A program made the position numbers and the translations under genes. A stretch of 64,000 nucleotides of DNA from assembly GCF_006345805.1 (NCBI RefSeq), contig NC_043017.1, positions 26,846,001-26,910,000 of the forward strand, read 5' to 3'. A model generated the notes under the pieces. That model was not told the origin of the DNA, ran no database searches, and saw only the letters and a program-made list of their open reading frames with translations. How positions within the stretch are numbered: position 1 is the first letter of the stretch; the number at the start of each line of letters is the position of its first letter. Shown piece by piece: positions 26,245 through 40,030 of the stretch. This DNA is from Octopus sinensis. Taxonomy: Eukaryota.

Positions 26245-26510
26245 CGTTATATTTATGTAACAGTGTTAATTCGCAATTTCCATACCTGAGGGATTACATA
26301 TTATTGTGAGCAGAGAGAAAATGATAAGGCGAAATAGAAGAAAAGAAAAATTAAAGCTTTGCAATTCCGAAATAGTAATAAAAATATTTTTAGCATCAAC
26401 ACAAAAAAAAAAGGAATACTGAAACGAATTGTAACGTCATTCATATTTAGCTCAGTATAAGAAGTAAATGGAAGTGAAAATAATTACTTATTTTAAAAGA
26501 ATTATTAAAT

Positions 26511-26758
26511 GCGCCCTTTTAAAGCCTAGCCACGCTCATGGGCACGGTTTCCCGGTTTCAATGGCGTATGTGTTCCCTAGCTGGACGGGACGCCAGTTCC
26601 TCACAGTGTTACTCATTATTGCCAGCTGAGTGGACTGGAGCAACGTGAAATGAAGTGTTTTGCTCAAGAGCACAACGCGTCGCCCGGTCCATGAATCGAA
26701 ACTGCAATCTTACGATCATGAGTCTGGCAGCCTAACCACTACGCCATGCGCCTCCACA
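26511..26758 (-). mobile_element. SINE-C (tRNA head, different central domain)
   Basis: Reverse complement tgtggaggcgcatggcgtagtggttagg...gtttcgattc...ttgagcaaaacacttcatttcacgttgctccagtccactcagctgg...actggcgtcccgtccag...gaaaccggg. Confidence 0.85.
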
Positions 26759-27089
26759 TAATTACATATTTACAGAATCGTTAATAGCATGTCAAATTAA
26801 AATCTTAGAGCAATGCTTGCGTTAAGGGCTGAGGGATGTTTAATGTCTGATAGGAATGGCGTTTCAGTGTCTGACATTCTGTGTTTCTAGATGATCGTCA
26901 GTATGATGCGCCAGACAGAAATATTTTAAGACTCTGTACTGGTTTATATTCAACTTAACCCAAATATACAAATAAGTAGAGTAATTGTATAAATTCATGG
27001 TTTGATTTGAGTTTGTTTACATTCTTTTGCTTCCACCTTTCATGTTTCTAGTTAATTCACTTGTTTGAAATTATTAATATAGACATAAA

Positions 27090-27262
27090 GATAACAACAA
27101 CAACAACAACAACAACAACTACAACAACAACAATAATAATAATAATACTAACGATAATAATAAAATTTAATAATAATAATAATAATAATAACAATAACAA
27201 TAAAAATAATAATAATAACAGCAACAACAACAATAATAATAATATTGATAACAACAACAATA
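27090..27262. repeat. (AAC)n/(AAT)n microsatellite
   Basis: Direct reading. Confidence 0.95.
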
Positions 27263-27556
27263 AAATATATATTAATTTATATGTATGTATTTATTTGCGT
27301 ATATAGGTATATATTTACATATAAAAATATGGTTGTGTGTGTGGATAGATAGATAGATGTATTTATAGAGAGAGAGAGAGGAGTGATAGAGAAGAAAGAG
27401 ATAAGAGAGAAGAGAGAGATGAGAGAGAAGGGGGAGAGAGTAAGTGAAAAAGTGAGAGAGAAAGAAGTTTAAAGAGGAAGATAGATAAATGTACATAAAC
27501 ACTGAGATGTTAAAAACACATTGTCAGCAACATTTGAAAACAAAAATTCTTGAACC

Positions 27557-27606
27557 AGTAGTAGTAGTAGTAGTAGTGATAGTAGTAGTAGTAGTAGTAG
27601 TAGTGA

Positions 27607-27644
<38 letters not shown>

Positions 27645-27645
27645 A

Positions 27646-27676
<31 letters not shown>

Positions 27677-27785
27677 TTAGTAGCAGTAGTAGTGATAGTA
27701 GTAGTAGTAGTAGTAGTAGTAGTGATAGTAGTAGTAGTAGTAGTAGTAGTGATAGTAGTAGTAGTAGTAGTAGTAGTAGTAATAT

Positions 27786-27833
<48 letters not shown>

Positions 27834-27880
27834 CAGTAGCAGCAGCAGTGGCAGTGGCCACGCCGGCAGCAGCGGCAGCA
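27557..27880. repeat. (AGT)n array with periodic GAT interruptions grading into (GCA)n
   Basis: Direct reading. Confidence 0.95.
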
Positions 27881-28381
27881 GCATACAACATAACCAGGAC
27901 TCATATCAATACAGACATCTATAGAGATCTGAAATGTAGAAATACTTAACGCAGAACTAATAAACATGTTTTGTGCAGCTTTAAATATTTAGAGCCTTTA
28001 AGTACTTGTGAGTAGTCTTCGCATACATAAAACGATATAATTACGTGGTATATATTTATCTTGAGGTGTTGTATATACAGGATGAGCGAGCTAAATTTGA
28101 CGATAGTTTACGTCCCAATTTTATCAGGAACTACTTGATATATCGGTGAACAGTCGACGGCTTTGGGGAGCAGAAAGACTAATGCTGTAATACATTAGAT
28201 TTTAGGTATTCGTTTCATAGGTAAATTTGGCTTAGCCCATTACCATACACGGCTGTATATAGTGACTATTTAAGCAATGTGTTCATGATGATTAGAAGGT
28301 TATGTGGGTGCTGATGAAAAGGCCAAAAGCTCCGATATGGACAATGGCATATAAGCTCATTAACTATTTCTCATCTTCGAT

Positions 28382-28614
28382 AAGGCTGCTAGCTGGCAGA
28401 ACCGTTAGCACGCCGGGCGAAATGTGTTGCCGTATTCCGTCCGTCGTTACGTTCTGAGTTCAAATTTCGCCGAGGTCGACTTTGTCTTTCATCCTTTCGG
28501 AGTCGATAAATTAAGTACCAGTTACGCATTGGGGTAGATGTAATCGACTTAATCTGTTTGTCTGTCCTTGTTTGTCCCTTCTATGTTTAGCCCCTTGTGG
28601 ATAGTAAAGAAACA
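28382..28614 (+). mobile_element. SINE-M monomer, 17-bp TSD
   Basis: TSD tatttctcatcttcgat at 28365-28381 and 28615-28631; central ccgaggtcgactttgtctttcatcctttcggagtcgataaattaagtaccag. Confidence 0.93.
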
Positions 28615-29357
28615 TATTTCTCATCTTCGATCACATTGTTTGTTTACATCTTATATATATATATATATATATAGAAATATATATATAAATATATATATTA
28701 TGTTTGTGTGTGTATATTTACATATGTGTGTGTATGTGTCAGGGCGTGTGTGTGTGCATACAGAAACCATAACAATTACATGCACTTACGAATTGGAATC
28801 ATATACTATGTGTATGTGTTTTTTATAATTATATGCTTAATGCATTCATGTTATATTGGTCATGTATGCTATGATAAATTGTTGCCTGGAGACGTATACT
28901 AATAGAAAATGCGAATATAGCAATATAGAAAATAAATGTAATACATTTGCCTGGATACATGTCCCAATCAAATCTTTTTATTTTCTTTTCGATTTTTCCT
29001 TTCTAAAACCACTCTTAAATACCTATCGGCTAGAAGATGTATAAATACGTCCATAGTGATTAGTCATACTTTTAATGGACTAATTAGAATATAGTGTTTG
29101 GCAAGAGATTACAAAATTGAAGATAATGGTAAAACACAAGTACTGCTAATTCAGAATATTCCCGTTCATTTAATTCATTTCGTTACAAAATATCTTCTGT
29201 TATCTTTAGATAAATATTTAGAGACAATTGTAATAAAGTTAGAGCATGTGACGATATTCTTGCATGGTATCAAATGAATTAGCTTAATTTGGTAAACTGA
29301 AAAGTAAGTAAATGTATGGAGATAGAAATAATATAAATAAATAAACAATTTATAATA

Positions 29358-29760
29358 GGCGCAGGAGTGGCTGTGTGGTAAGTAGCTTGCTAACCAACCA
29401 CATGGTTCCAGATTCAGTCCCACTGCGTGGCATCTTGGGCAAGTGTCTTCTGCTATAGCCCCGGGCTGACCAATGCCTTGTGAGTGGATTTCGTAGAAGG
29501 AAACTGAAAGAAGCCTGTCGTATATATGTATAATTATATATATATGTATGTGTGTGTTTGTGTGTCTGTGTTTTTCCCCCTAGCATTGATTGACAACCGA
29601 TGCTGGTGTGTTTACGTCCCCGTCACTTAGCGGTTCGGCAAAAAGAGACCGATAGAATAAGTACTGGGCTTACAAAGAATAAGTCCCGGGGTCGATTTGC
29701 TCGACTAAAGGCGGTGCTCCAGCATGGCCACAGTCAAATGACTGAAACAAGTAAAAGAGA
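29358..29760 (+). mobile_element. SINE-B, full length
   Basis: ggcgcaggagtggctgtgtggtaag... to ...gaaacaagtaaaagag. Confidence 0.92.
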
Positions 29761-30850
29761 AAGATTAAAAAGTAAATTAATTTATACATTTCAAAAGGAT
29801 GATATTTTGAAACACATTCTAGCATACCTAATCCATTTAGGTGCGTCAGATATTAATTACTGTTTGTGGTTCTATGATTTGACTTTGGAAGCAGTGGAAC
29901 TAATAAGGAACTCAAAACCTTTAGGGTCATAAATAAAGGATAACTTTCTTGCAGAGACAAGCTAATTGAGGAGAATGGAACTCCAGCTTTTTTTTTTCAT
30001 TGTTTAAGTATTTTTAATTTCCGTTAGAATCGTCCGAGTTTTATTTATAATCTACCGATTTCTAACAATTAATTATAATCCAATATTTGGAAACCTATTT
30101 CGTTATGGATAACCGTTCTTTATTTAGTGAATTATATCGAGTCAGGCCTGTAAATTGGTTGCACTTTCAAACAACAAAGCAGTATACTAGAACGGGACTA
30201 CATCGACGAGCATACACTTTCTGAGTGAGACGTATTGCTTTGACGAAGGGTGAGTTTCGATAATATATAATGTTTAAGAGATTTAGTCACACATCTATAT
30301 CTTTTCGAAATTCTTATCATAAGACGTATTTGATAATGCAACCAGTCGAGATAGTGTGTTAGTGAACTGAAAATAAATTGAAACTCTGCGTCGAAGGCGA
30401 TTTTCTAGATAATTGCTTTTGTAAGAAATGCAAGACCAGAAAATGTCAGATTGTTCGAGAATATCATTTAATCATGTATAGGATTTATGTTCGTTTAAAT
30501 GACATAACTTAGTATATCCACGAATCCCTAACTAAACAAGCCTCCAGATTCGCGTGTGATACAATTTATCGCAGGTATTAGAAGAGAAACCAAATATAAT
30601 AGATGTTTCACTCGTTCCTTTCGCCCGTGAGATAATAGCAGACTTCAAGAGATATACGAGGAAACATTATGTTGCAATAAAAAATAATTGGTACCAAACT
30701 AGCAACAGGAATTCCGCAGATTTCTTAGTTTTTCTTTGTCTTCTTTTTCGAGGTCAAATCAAAAATAAACATTTCCTATCCGATATATGAACAATCTTCG
30801 CAGCATTCGCAGCATTCACAGACAACGCATCACTTATGGTGTACACGGAA

Positions 30851-31050
30851 AAGGCGGCAAGCTGGCAGAAAGGTTAGCACGCCGGGCGAAATAGTCAGCG
30901 GTATTTCGTCTACCGCTACGTTCTGAGTTCGATTTGCCTTTTATCCTTTCGGGGTCGATTAAATAAGTACCAGTTACGCACTGGGGTCGATGTAATTGAC
31001 TTCATCCGTTTGTCTGTCCTTGTTTGTCCCCTCTATGCTTAGCTCCTTGT
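30851..31050 (+). mobile_element. SINE-M monomer
   Basis: aaaggcggcaagctggcagaaaggttagcacgccgggcgaaat...tttgcctttatcctttcggggtcg...gtttgtctgtccttg. Confidence 0.85.
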
Positions 31051-32199
31051 GTATACACGGAAATAGAACGTGTTTGTTTGTCAAGTAGTATTTTGGAAGT
31101 CATTCCCAATTTTCAAATAACGTCTGCCTACGTTATTCAAGGACACAATGCTTCGGCATATAACAATGATGTGCAATGTGACAGAAACTGTAAGCGAACG
31201 CATTGACTTCATTAAAGAAAATATCAATGAATAATGTTGAACATTGAACGGCCTCGAAACGAAATATGCTGATTTATTGATGCTGAGACATCCACCGGCA
31301 AAGCATCATCAAGCGCTCGTATAAAGTAAAAGGTGAAATCAAATCTCATCAACCTGCGAAAAGGTATTAACATTAAGGAGTTAGAGCAAAGAAAACGGTT
31401 ATGCGTTTTAGAATTTTAGTTGCTATCTTTAAAATTTATTTCGTCTAAGGGCAATGGAGTATAAGAGTGAATGGAAAAGCAATTAATCATTTAAATTTAG
31501 GAAACATCGGCTTCCATAAATTACATGTAAAAATATAGAATTGCCTTATAAGAAAATATGAAAGGACTAGATGTATAGGTATATCGTTATATAACTGGTC
31601 GTCTTTTGTATAGAGTAGAGATATATGTACTACGTCTTTAGAATAGACTCGAAACCAACACATACGAAAAATTATTACTCTGTTTTCTTCATTGTACAAG
31701 ATATATAATTTGACTAAAAGAAAAAAAAGAATTAAGGAAAAAAGACTTTCGTAGTACGACCAGATTTACTGTTTTGCAAATGCTTTCGCAGTTACCAGAG
31801 TACGTCACTCATTATTATACTTCATGAGACTAACTTCAAACAAAATAGTCAAAAACTATCCGTGGGAAGAGTTTCCTGTATACGGCATGCTACCAGGTTC
31901 AAAGAAAACTGTTCCAACCAAATGTAGTGTATTTTGCCAAATTGACAGATCCTGTGAAACAATTATTCTAAAAAAAATAAATAAAGCCATATTGATAACG
32001 GGTACCTTGGTGTAATTCATGTGATATACATCCTGGTTAGATTGTTTCTATAAATGTTGACAAAATTCAGAAAATCCTGTGCTATGTCAATTTTTTCAGT
32101 TTTATTTATTTATATATTATATGAGATAGGTTTCGGATGACATGAACAAGTACCAAATTTCATCATGTTAATCCATATACAGATTATATTCCCGCTCAG

Positions 32200-32345
32200 A
32201 TTTTTACTTCTCTCTCATTCCTTTCAGCGGAAGAGCGTGGGCTCGAGCCATCAAAGGCTTTTTCCATTGTTCCCGAGCGTCAAAATAATACACTTGCTTT
32301 TTTGTTCCTTCAATTCACTTAATTTGTTATTTCTTGCAATATATA
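32200..32345 (+). mobile_element. Hammerhead-like interspersed repeat, copy 3 (core damaged)
   Basis: cctttCAGCGGAaGAGCgtggGCTCGAGCcatcaaagg at 32220-32257; stems kept, core mutated. Confidence 0.5.
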
Positions 32346-32419
32346 TAATGTATATATAGACTTATGATATATATAGCTATTTATAATTATACATACATAT
32401 ATATTTATAGACCTTAATG

Positions 32420-32453
<34 letters not shown>

Positions 32454-32454
32454 G

Positions 32455-32503
<49 letters not shown>

Positions 32504-33512
32504 GACATTACATCACTGAGCCGGAACGTGAGAAATCTGTTGGAAGTAATTTGCTCGCATTTTAAACATGTCTGTGTACAGATAATATATTAAAAATGTG
32601 TCTGTTTTATATTTGTCAACTTTTGTGGTACCTCTGTAATATCGTGCGTATAACATGTGAGGGCGTATGCGAAAAAAAACCCATATATTCTGGTCTGATG
32701 TGTTTCTAGATATTTAATTTAAAGGTACCGATTCAGAGGTTGAGTAGCATACAACTAAAGAGAAAAAGGAATTGTGATAGAAAATATGGGTTTTCTAAAT
32801 ATGTTGCAAAAGTCGAACATATTAAACTTGAGTGAATCAAAACACAACAGGTTAGCAATAATTTCCACTTTATTTGTGCCTTACATTTTAATGCAGCAGT
32901 CCCATATTAAAGGAATATTAATGGAAAAAAATAATAACACATTCCGGTCACAGGTTGAATAGATATCGAAAAGCTTTAGTAGGAAGCAAAAATTGTGAAT
33001 AGGTGATATTCTAAACTGAAGATACTTCACATCGATAATCTACATGAAAACATAGCGTTTTAGATATATACTAATGGCGCGCTGGTCTGTGCGTCTCAGG
33101 AACATTAACCGAGGTTAATGATCCGAAAAAATTTGAATATTTCTATATAGCAAGAACTTGGCATATTTTGGAATTAATATTCAAAGAATTGTCCGTTTTA
33201 ATCAATGAATTAAAACAGAAAACGTAGGGATGGTAACAGAATCTGGAGGAAGAGTATTGGTGATAAGTAAGGTGGGTAATAGATTGGTTAAAATTATTGT
33301 TTTTCGCACTTCCACATCAAAGTGAATTATTGATATTTTGAAGTAAAACTAAAAATCAATAAGAGGTAATTATTTTTTGGGAAATGTTAAAATATGATTT
33401 ATTTACTATCGTCTATTTGTTGAAAGAAATTCTCTTAAGTGGAATAAAGCGTTTGATAAATTGAGAAGTAAAGGTGTGTGTGTGTGTGCATCGATAGATT
33501 GATATACATACG

Positions 33513-33564
<52 letters not shown>

Positions 33565-33855
33565 AATATATATATATTATATATATATATATATATATAC
33601 ATATATGTATATATGAATACGTACATATATATAGGTGTATATATATACATATATATTATATGTATATATATGCATATATAAATACATTTATATAATATGT
33701 ATTAATGTAATATATATATATATATATATGTATACATAGATATTTAAACATATGTATAATCATATATCAGGGCATACACATAAACATATATATGAACATA
33801 CGTACGAATATGATATATATATATATATATATATTTATATAGAGTATATATTATA

Positions 33856-33899
<44 letters not shown>

Positions 33900-33904
33900 T
33901 ATAT

Positions 33905-33935
<31 letters not shown>

Positions 33936-34319
33936 TGAAAAGAGAGGGATATTGAGAGAGAGAAAATATAGAGAGATACTGAAGCTATATATATCGAAGT
34001 GTAAGTGTGTATTTACGCAATATTGGTAAATTAAGTAAGAATATTTATATTAATATAGAAACGCACAGAGAAAATTTAATGATGAATATACATATGCAAT
34101 GCAACGTGTAAATAATAATAGGCTGAAAGTGTAACACAGACATACGTACAAAACCGTACACAGAGAAAGACGATGCGAATCTAAATATACATATAAAAAA
34201 TTGTAAATTATACGTACGTACTTAAATATAAGTCTATCTATCTATATTTATGTATAGTTTGTAATTGAGCGTGTGTTTCTCTCTGTGTGGTTTACAAGTC
34301 ACACGCAAGAGTGTGACTC

Positions 34320-34407
<88 letters not shown>

Positions 34408-34424
34408 GTATATATATATGTATA

Positions 34425-34473
<49 letters not shown>

Positions 34474-34665
34474 GTATATTACTATATCATATATATATAG
34501 AAGCATAGTACATGTAACGTATATGCACGATATACATGTGATGTATATAGTGTGTGTGAATGTAATGTATAAATAAGTATATACATTCATAAAAGCGTTT
34601 GCACTCTTATATGCATAGATCTATGTATTAATATATGCATTCACTTTCATATGTGCAGTTATATA

Positions 34666-34741
<76 letters not shown>

Positions 34742-35026
34742 TGACTTTTGACTTGATTGCTTGCATGAATGTTGTACATATGAGTGTGTGCCGATGTGTT
34801 TAAGTCCATTTCAGAGTGAAAAACCAAAAAAAAATTGTAGGAGAATATATTTAGAATTGTTAACGTAAAACAACTTTGATGTCTGCAGTCATTGCCATCA
34901 TAAATGATTCTTTTATAGAAGACAACTATTCTGAACACAAAAGTCTAATAATTTGAAACTTCTAACTTCCAATAGTTCCAGTGAAAATAGTAGATAAAAT
35001 GCACACAGTTGGTATATGTTATATAT

Positions 35027-35059
<33 letters not shown>

Positions 35060-35164
35060 CCATATTATTTGTATGTTATTCATGCATATATATATATATA
35101 TGATATATATATTATATATATATATATTATATATATATGTATAAATACATATCTGAATTATATG

Positions 35165-35205
<41 letters not shown>

Positions 35206-35511
35206 GTACATATATACATGTATATCATTATCTGCGTATGTGCTCGTATGTGTACGTAATGCGTGTGTGCAAAGATGTATTAAAGGTACATGATAATTCA
35301 ATAATAATTGATAATTCGATATATACGGAATAGCTATCATTATACAGACGAAATAAATATGCATTCATGTCTACGCGTAAATTGCTCTATAGTGAAATAT
35401 ATATTCGCATAAACGCGTATCTATATTCAGATGCACACACTCACAATTTTATGTTCTTAAGTTAATCTATGTAAACACGTTTACATAGATATATATATAT
35501 AGATATATATA

Positions 35512-35544
<33 letters not shown>

Positions 35545-35730
35545 CATACATACATACATACATACATACATACATACATACACAGACAGACATATATAAA
35601 TATGTATGTGTATATAGATATATAATTAGAATAATCACCTTTTATCAATTCAAAATGAACAATTAAATTACACCATCTAGAAAATGTAACCCTGTAAGGT
35701 AGGAATAATATCCCCTCAAGTTATTATTGT

Positions 35731-35781
<51 letters not shown>

Positions 35782-36086
35782 ATATAATACAAATAAATGA
35801 AAGAATGGAGTTGAACGACGAATTAACACATTCCTTTATTCTCGACATATGTATCGAAGGCTGCATATTCCTAATTTCGAAGGAATAAGGGTTGCATTAT
35901 GCCGCCTTCCCATCGGGAAAAACAAGGAACTTATGTCTGCATCAAGATGAACAAAAACTGTTAGATGACTGCCCACACGGTGTCCATAGCGATAATGCTA
36001 CCCGGGTATCGGTTAACCAAATTATCCATAATAAGATAATTCATTCAACTACTCAAATATATATATATATATGTATGTATCTGTGT

Positions 36087-36129
<43 letters not shown>

Positions 36130-36152
36130 TTACATATATGTATGTAGATAAG

Positions 36153-36381
36153 CATACGAGATGGGAGACTGAAACTTCCCTGGATTTAATTCCGTAGCGA
36201 AAGGCCTGGTTGGAGTCTCCACTTCCCTAGTACTTTTACAGGACTTAGAAAAACTGAAGGGTTGGTGTAATAAATGAATAAGGGTCAATCTGAGGTCGTA
36301 ATAAGTCGAATAGAAGCATCTCTAACCGATCCTTCTGCATTCTCTCTTACTGGGATCGGGGAAACTTCATCTCCTCGTATG
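36153..36381. mobile_element. Tc1/mariner-type MITE candidate
   Basis: Imperfect TIRs catacgagatgggagactgaaacttccc and (rc) catacgaggagatgaagtttcccc; TA dinucleotide at both termini. Confidence 0.5.
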
Positions 36382-36469
36382 TAGAATGAAAAAAATCGAA
36401 CCGTGCGTAGTGGTGTTTATTGGCTATTAAAATTATACATACATACACACACACACAAACATATATATA

Positions 36470-36542
<73 letters not shown>

Positions 36543-36568
36543 TATATTCATATATATATTTTTTATAA

Positions 36569-36611
<43 letters not shown>

Positions 36612-36630
36612 TATAGATATAGATATAGAT

Positions 36631-36770
36631 GTGTTCTTATTAGCCACGCAGTGCTGAACACAGAGGGAACAAATTAAAATGTTGAGATTTTCTTTGTTGG
36701 GCTAAAAAAAGGCGGGGGTAGGTTTTCAATCAATAAGGGTCGTTTTTCCTTTCTTTTTTTTTCGATCCTT
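36631..36770 (-). mobile_element. Diverged 3' end of the L1/Tx1-like LINE family
   Basis: gtgttcttattagccacgcagtgctgaacacagagggaacaaatta matches the 12059 and 57286 copies; flanked by (ATATAG)n. Confidence 0.6.
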
Positions 36771-36820
36771 ATATAGATATAGATATATATATACAGATAT
36801 ATATATATAGATATGTATGT

Positions 36821-36858
<38 letters not shown>

Positions 36859-36910
36859 TTGTGTGTGTGTATTTATATGTACACATGTATATATATACAT
36901 ATGTGTGTGT

Positions 36911-37080
36911 GTGGACAACCGATGCTGATGTGTTTACGTCCCCGTCACTTAGCGGTTCGGCAAAAGAGACCGATATAATAAGTACAAATAATAAGTCCCG
37001 GGGTCGATTTGCTCGACTAAAGGCGGTGCTCCAGCATGGCCGCAGTCAAATGACTGAAACAAGTAAAAGAGTAAAAGAGA
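36911..37080 (+). mobile_element. SINE-B 3' half
   Basis: gacaaccgatgctgatgtgtttacgtccccgtcacttagcgg...gtaaaagagtaaaagag. Confidence 0.88.
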
Positions 37081-37160
37081 TTATATGTATATCTATATAT
37101 ATAGGTAGATAGATATAGATAGGTAGATAGATAGATGTATATATATATATATATATATAC

Positions 37161-37246
<86 letters not shown>

Positions 37247-37943
37247 TTGGATGTGCAATACAACCACATAAAAATCCTGTACGACCCCCTGGTATATAAA
37301 TAATCATTTCTTGCAGTATACACACGCAAGCCCAAGTGCGTACGCGCAATAGATTGCATATGTGTCCTTCCATACAAAGTTGATGAAATATCGTCTACAC
37401 CAGAACGTTAGATATAACACAAATCTATTATATACTTAGACATAAATACAGGCCATAGAATAGTAGCAAAAGATATCAGGCAAAAATATGAATATGTATA
37501 CACACGCTATCAACTATTCAAATGTTCGTATTATTAGGTGTTTGATGGCAGCATATATTTGCATACCCATTCCTACGCCGGCGTGTATGCTTGTGTATGT
37601 GTGCCTGCATATATGTATATATATATTGGCCTGTTCGCTTAGCCAGCGGGGTGGCGTCATTCGAAGGCTAAAACAATGCGAACGCATTGTGACCACGATG
37701 TGTAACAACATCTGATGGTCAGGTCGGTCACGTGATCACGTGATACATATATTATATATATATATATATATTAATATATTATATATATATATTATATATA
37801 TATAGATGGATAGATAGAGATAGATAGATAGAGAGATAAATAGATAGAGATAAATACACACATAAAAATATTCTCTCTTTCTCTCTCTCTATCCATATAT
37901 ATATATATATAGCTACTTATATACATACACCCACACACCACAC

Positions 37944-37991
<48 letters not shown>

Positions 37992-39034
37992 CATACATAC
38001 ATATGTATTATATATTAAGATGCCTATTCATGTCTATGTATGTATGTATGCATACACAAAGCTAAACCCTGTTCCTTATTTTTAATGATTAATTTTGATA
38101 TTTATTGAATATTTGATTGATCAATCGATTGATGTGCTGTTCAGGTTCTTTTTTCCACATCTTAGATCACCGAAGCATGACCTTGTTGAGAGACTCCTCT
38201 TTCCGTAATGCATCAAACTCAACTCACCCACTCCGAATCTACAGACACATTCAAGTAACATACTTCCTAATAGTGCACTGTCAAAATTTGATCAATATGT
38301 GTGCTACACTTTAACGTCTCGGATCATATCTATATAGGCTATTTCTTCAACTTCGAAGTTTTCGGCTTGTTGTGCGAAGAAAGATAGTCTTCCGAGCTTT
38401 TACTCTTATCGACCTTATGACTTGTAGTAGTAGCCATACTACCTATTTACCTGTATTCCAGACTGATACGCGGCAAATTATGAAATGCATTACGGGTGAA
38501 ATAAAACAGCTTAGCCAATTCCTTCTTCTAAACTCCTCAGTTTTGAGTTCAAATGTCGCTTTGGCCAGATTTCACTATCACCATTTCTTTTTTATATGTA
38601 TAACTCTGTTGTTGTTTAGTTCTTCTTTTGAGTCTCCCGTAAAGAAAGCCCTGAAATGAACATTACATCGACATTTGAAGCATCTGGTTATCATGTCCTT
38701 CGTAAGACACGATTCATATTTTCAAAGTTATTTCAAATAGTTGTTGTTGTTGACAAAACGGCGGTAATTTTATTCAGCTGAATGCACATGATTGGTTGGT
38801 CGAAATTACCGAAATACGACAACTTTAACACGAAATGACTTTGAAAATATAAACTTTTCTAAACAACACTAAGAGTAAAAGATGTTTTATATGACACATT
38901 CTACCAATGTCCGAAGTTTGAAAGTATTAATTTACAAAAAATCAATTTCTTGATCTGCGGTTCAAAGGGAACAGATCCATAGATATATATATATATATAC
39001 ACATGCATACATACAAACGCAGATATATATCGTA

Positions 39035-39398
39035 GTGGCACTCCGTCGGTTACGACGATGAGTTTTCCAGTTGATCCGATCAACGGAACAGCCTGCTCGT
39101 GAAATTAACGTATAAGTGACTGAGCTCCACAGACAGGTATACCCTTCAGGGAGATTCAGCGTGACACAGAGTGTGACAAGGCTGACCCTTCGAAACAGAG
39201 TTACAAGAGAAGCAGTAAGAAAGAGTGAGAGGGAGTTGTGGTGAAAAAGTAAAGCAGAATTCGCCACCTCTGCCAGAGCATCGTGGACCATTTAGGTGTT
39301 TCTTTCAATAAATACTTGCAGCACCTAGTCTGGGAATCGAATCTGTGGTCCTACGATCACTATCCGCTGCCGTAACCACTGGGCCGTTGCGCCTCTAC
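39035..39398 (-). mobile_element. SINE-A, diverged full length
   Basis: Tail gcactccgtcggttacgacg and head (rc) agaggcgcaacggcccagtggttacgg. Confidence 0.85.
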
Positions 39399-39440
39399 TC
39401 TTATTTATATATATATATATATATATATCTATATATATAT

Positions 39441-39498
<58 letters not shown>

Positions 39499-39512
39499 TA
39501 TTATATATATAT

Positions 39513-39549
<37 letters not shown>

Positions 39550-39550
<1 letters not shown>

Positions 39551-39745
39551 ACGGGAAGCTTTATGAAAATAAACAAAAGACGAAGGCAGGTGGAATACAA
39601 ACAAACAATTGTATTAGTATGGCGCTCAGGAATATAAATAAAACAAGTCTTTTACGTTTCGAGCCTACGCTCTTCAACAGAAAGATACACAGAAAAGAAA
39701 CACGGAGAGAAACAAGGAGAGAAACAAGGAGAGAAAAAAAATGCG
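39550..39745 (-). mobile_element. Hammerhead-like interspersed repeat, copy 4 (best preserved)
   Basis: Reverse complement of 39648-39685: TCTTT CTGTTGA A GAGC gtag GCTC GAAA C GT A AAAGA. Confidence 0.62.
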
Positions 39746-39779
39746 TGCAGAGGCTAGCATGTATATATATATATATATC

Positions 39780-39849
<70 letters not shown>

Positions 39850-39975
39850 ATACATATAACCACGCACACACAAACACTTATACATATGAAAACAAAAATA
39901 TTAAAGAATTAGAGACTGAAGGATAAATAAATACGCAGATAGAAAGATACATACGTATATATCTATATATATATA

Positions 39976-40030
<55 letters not shown>

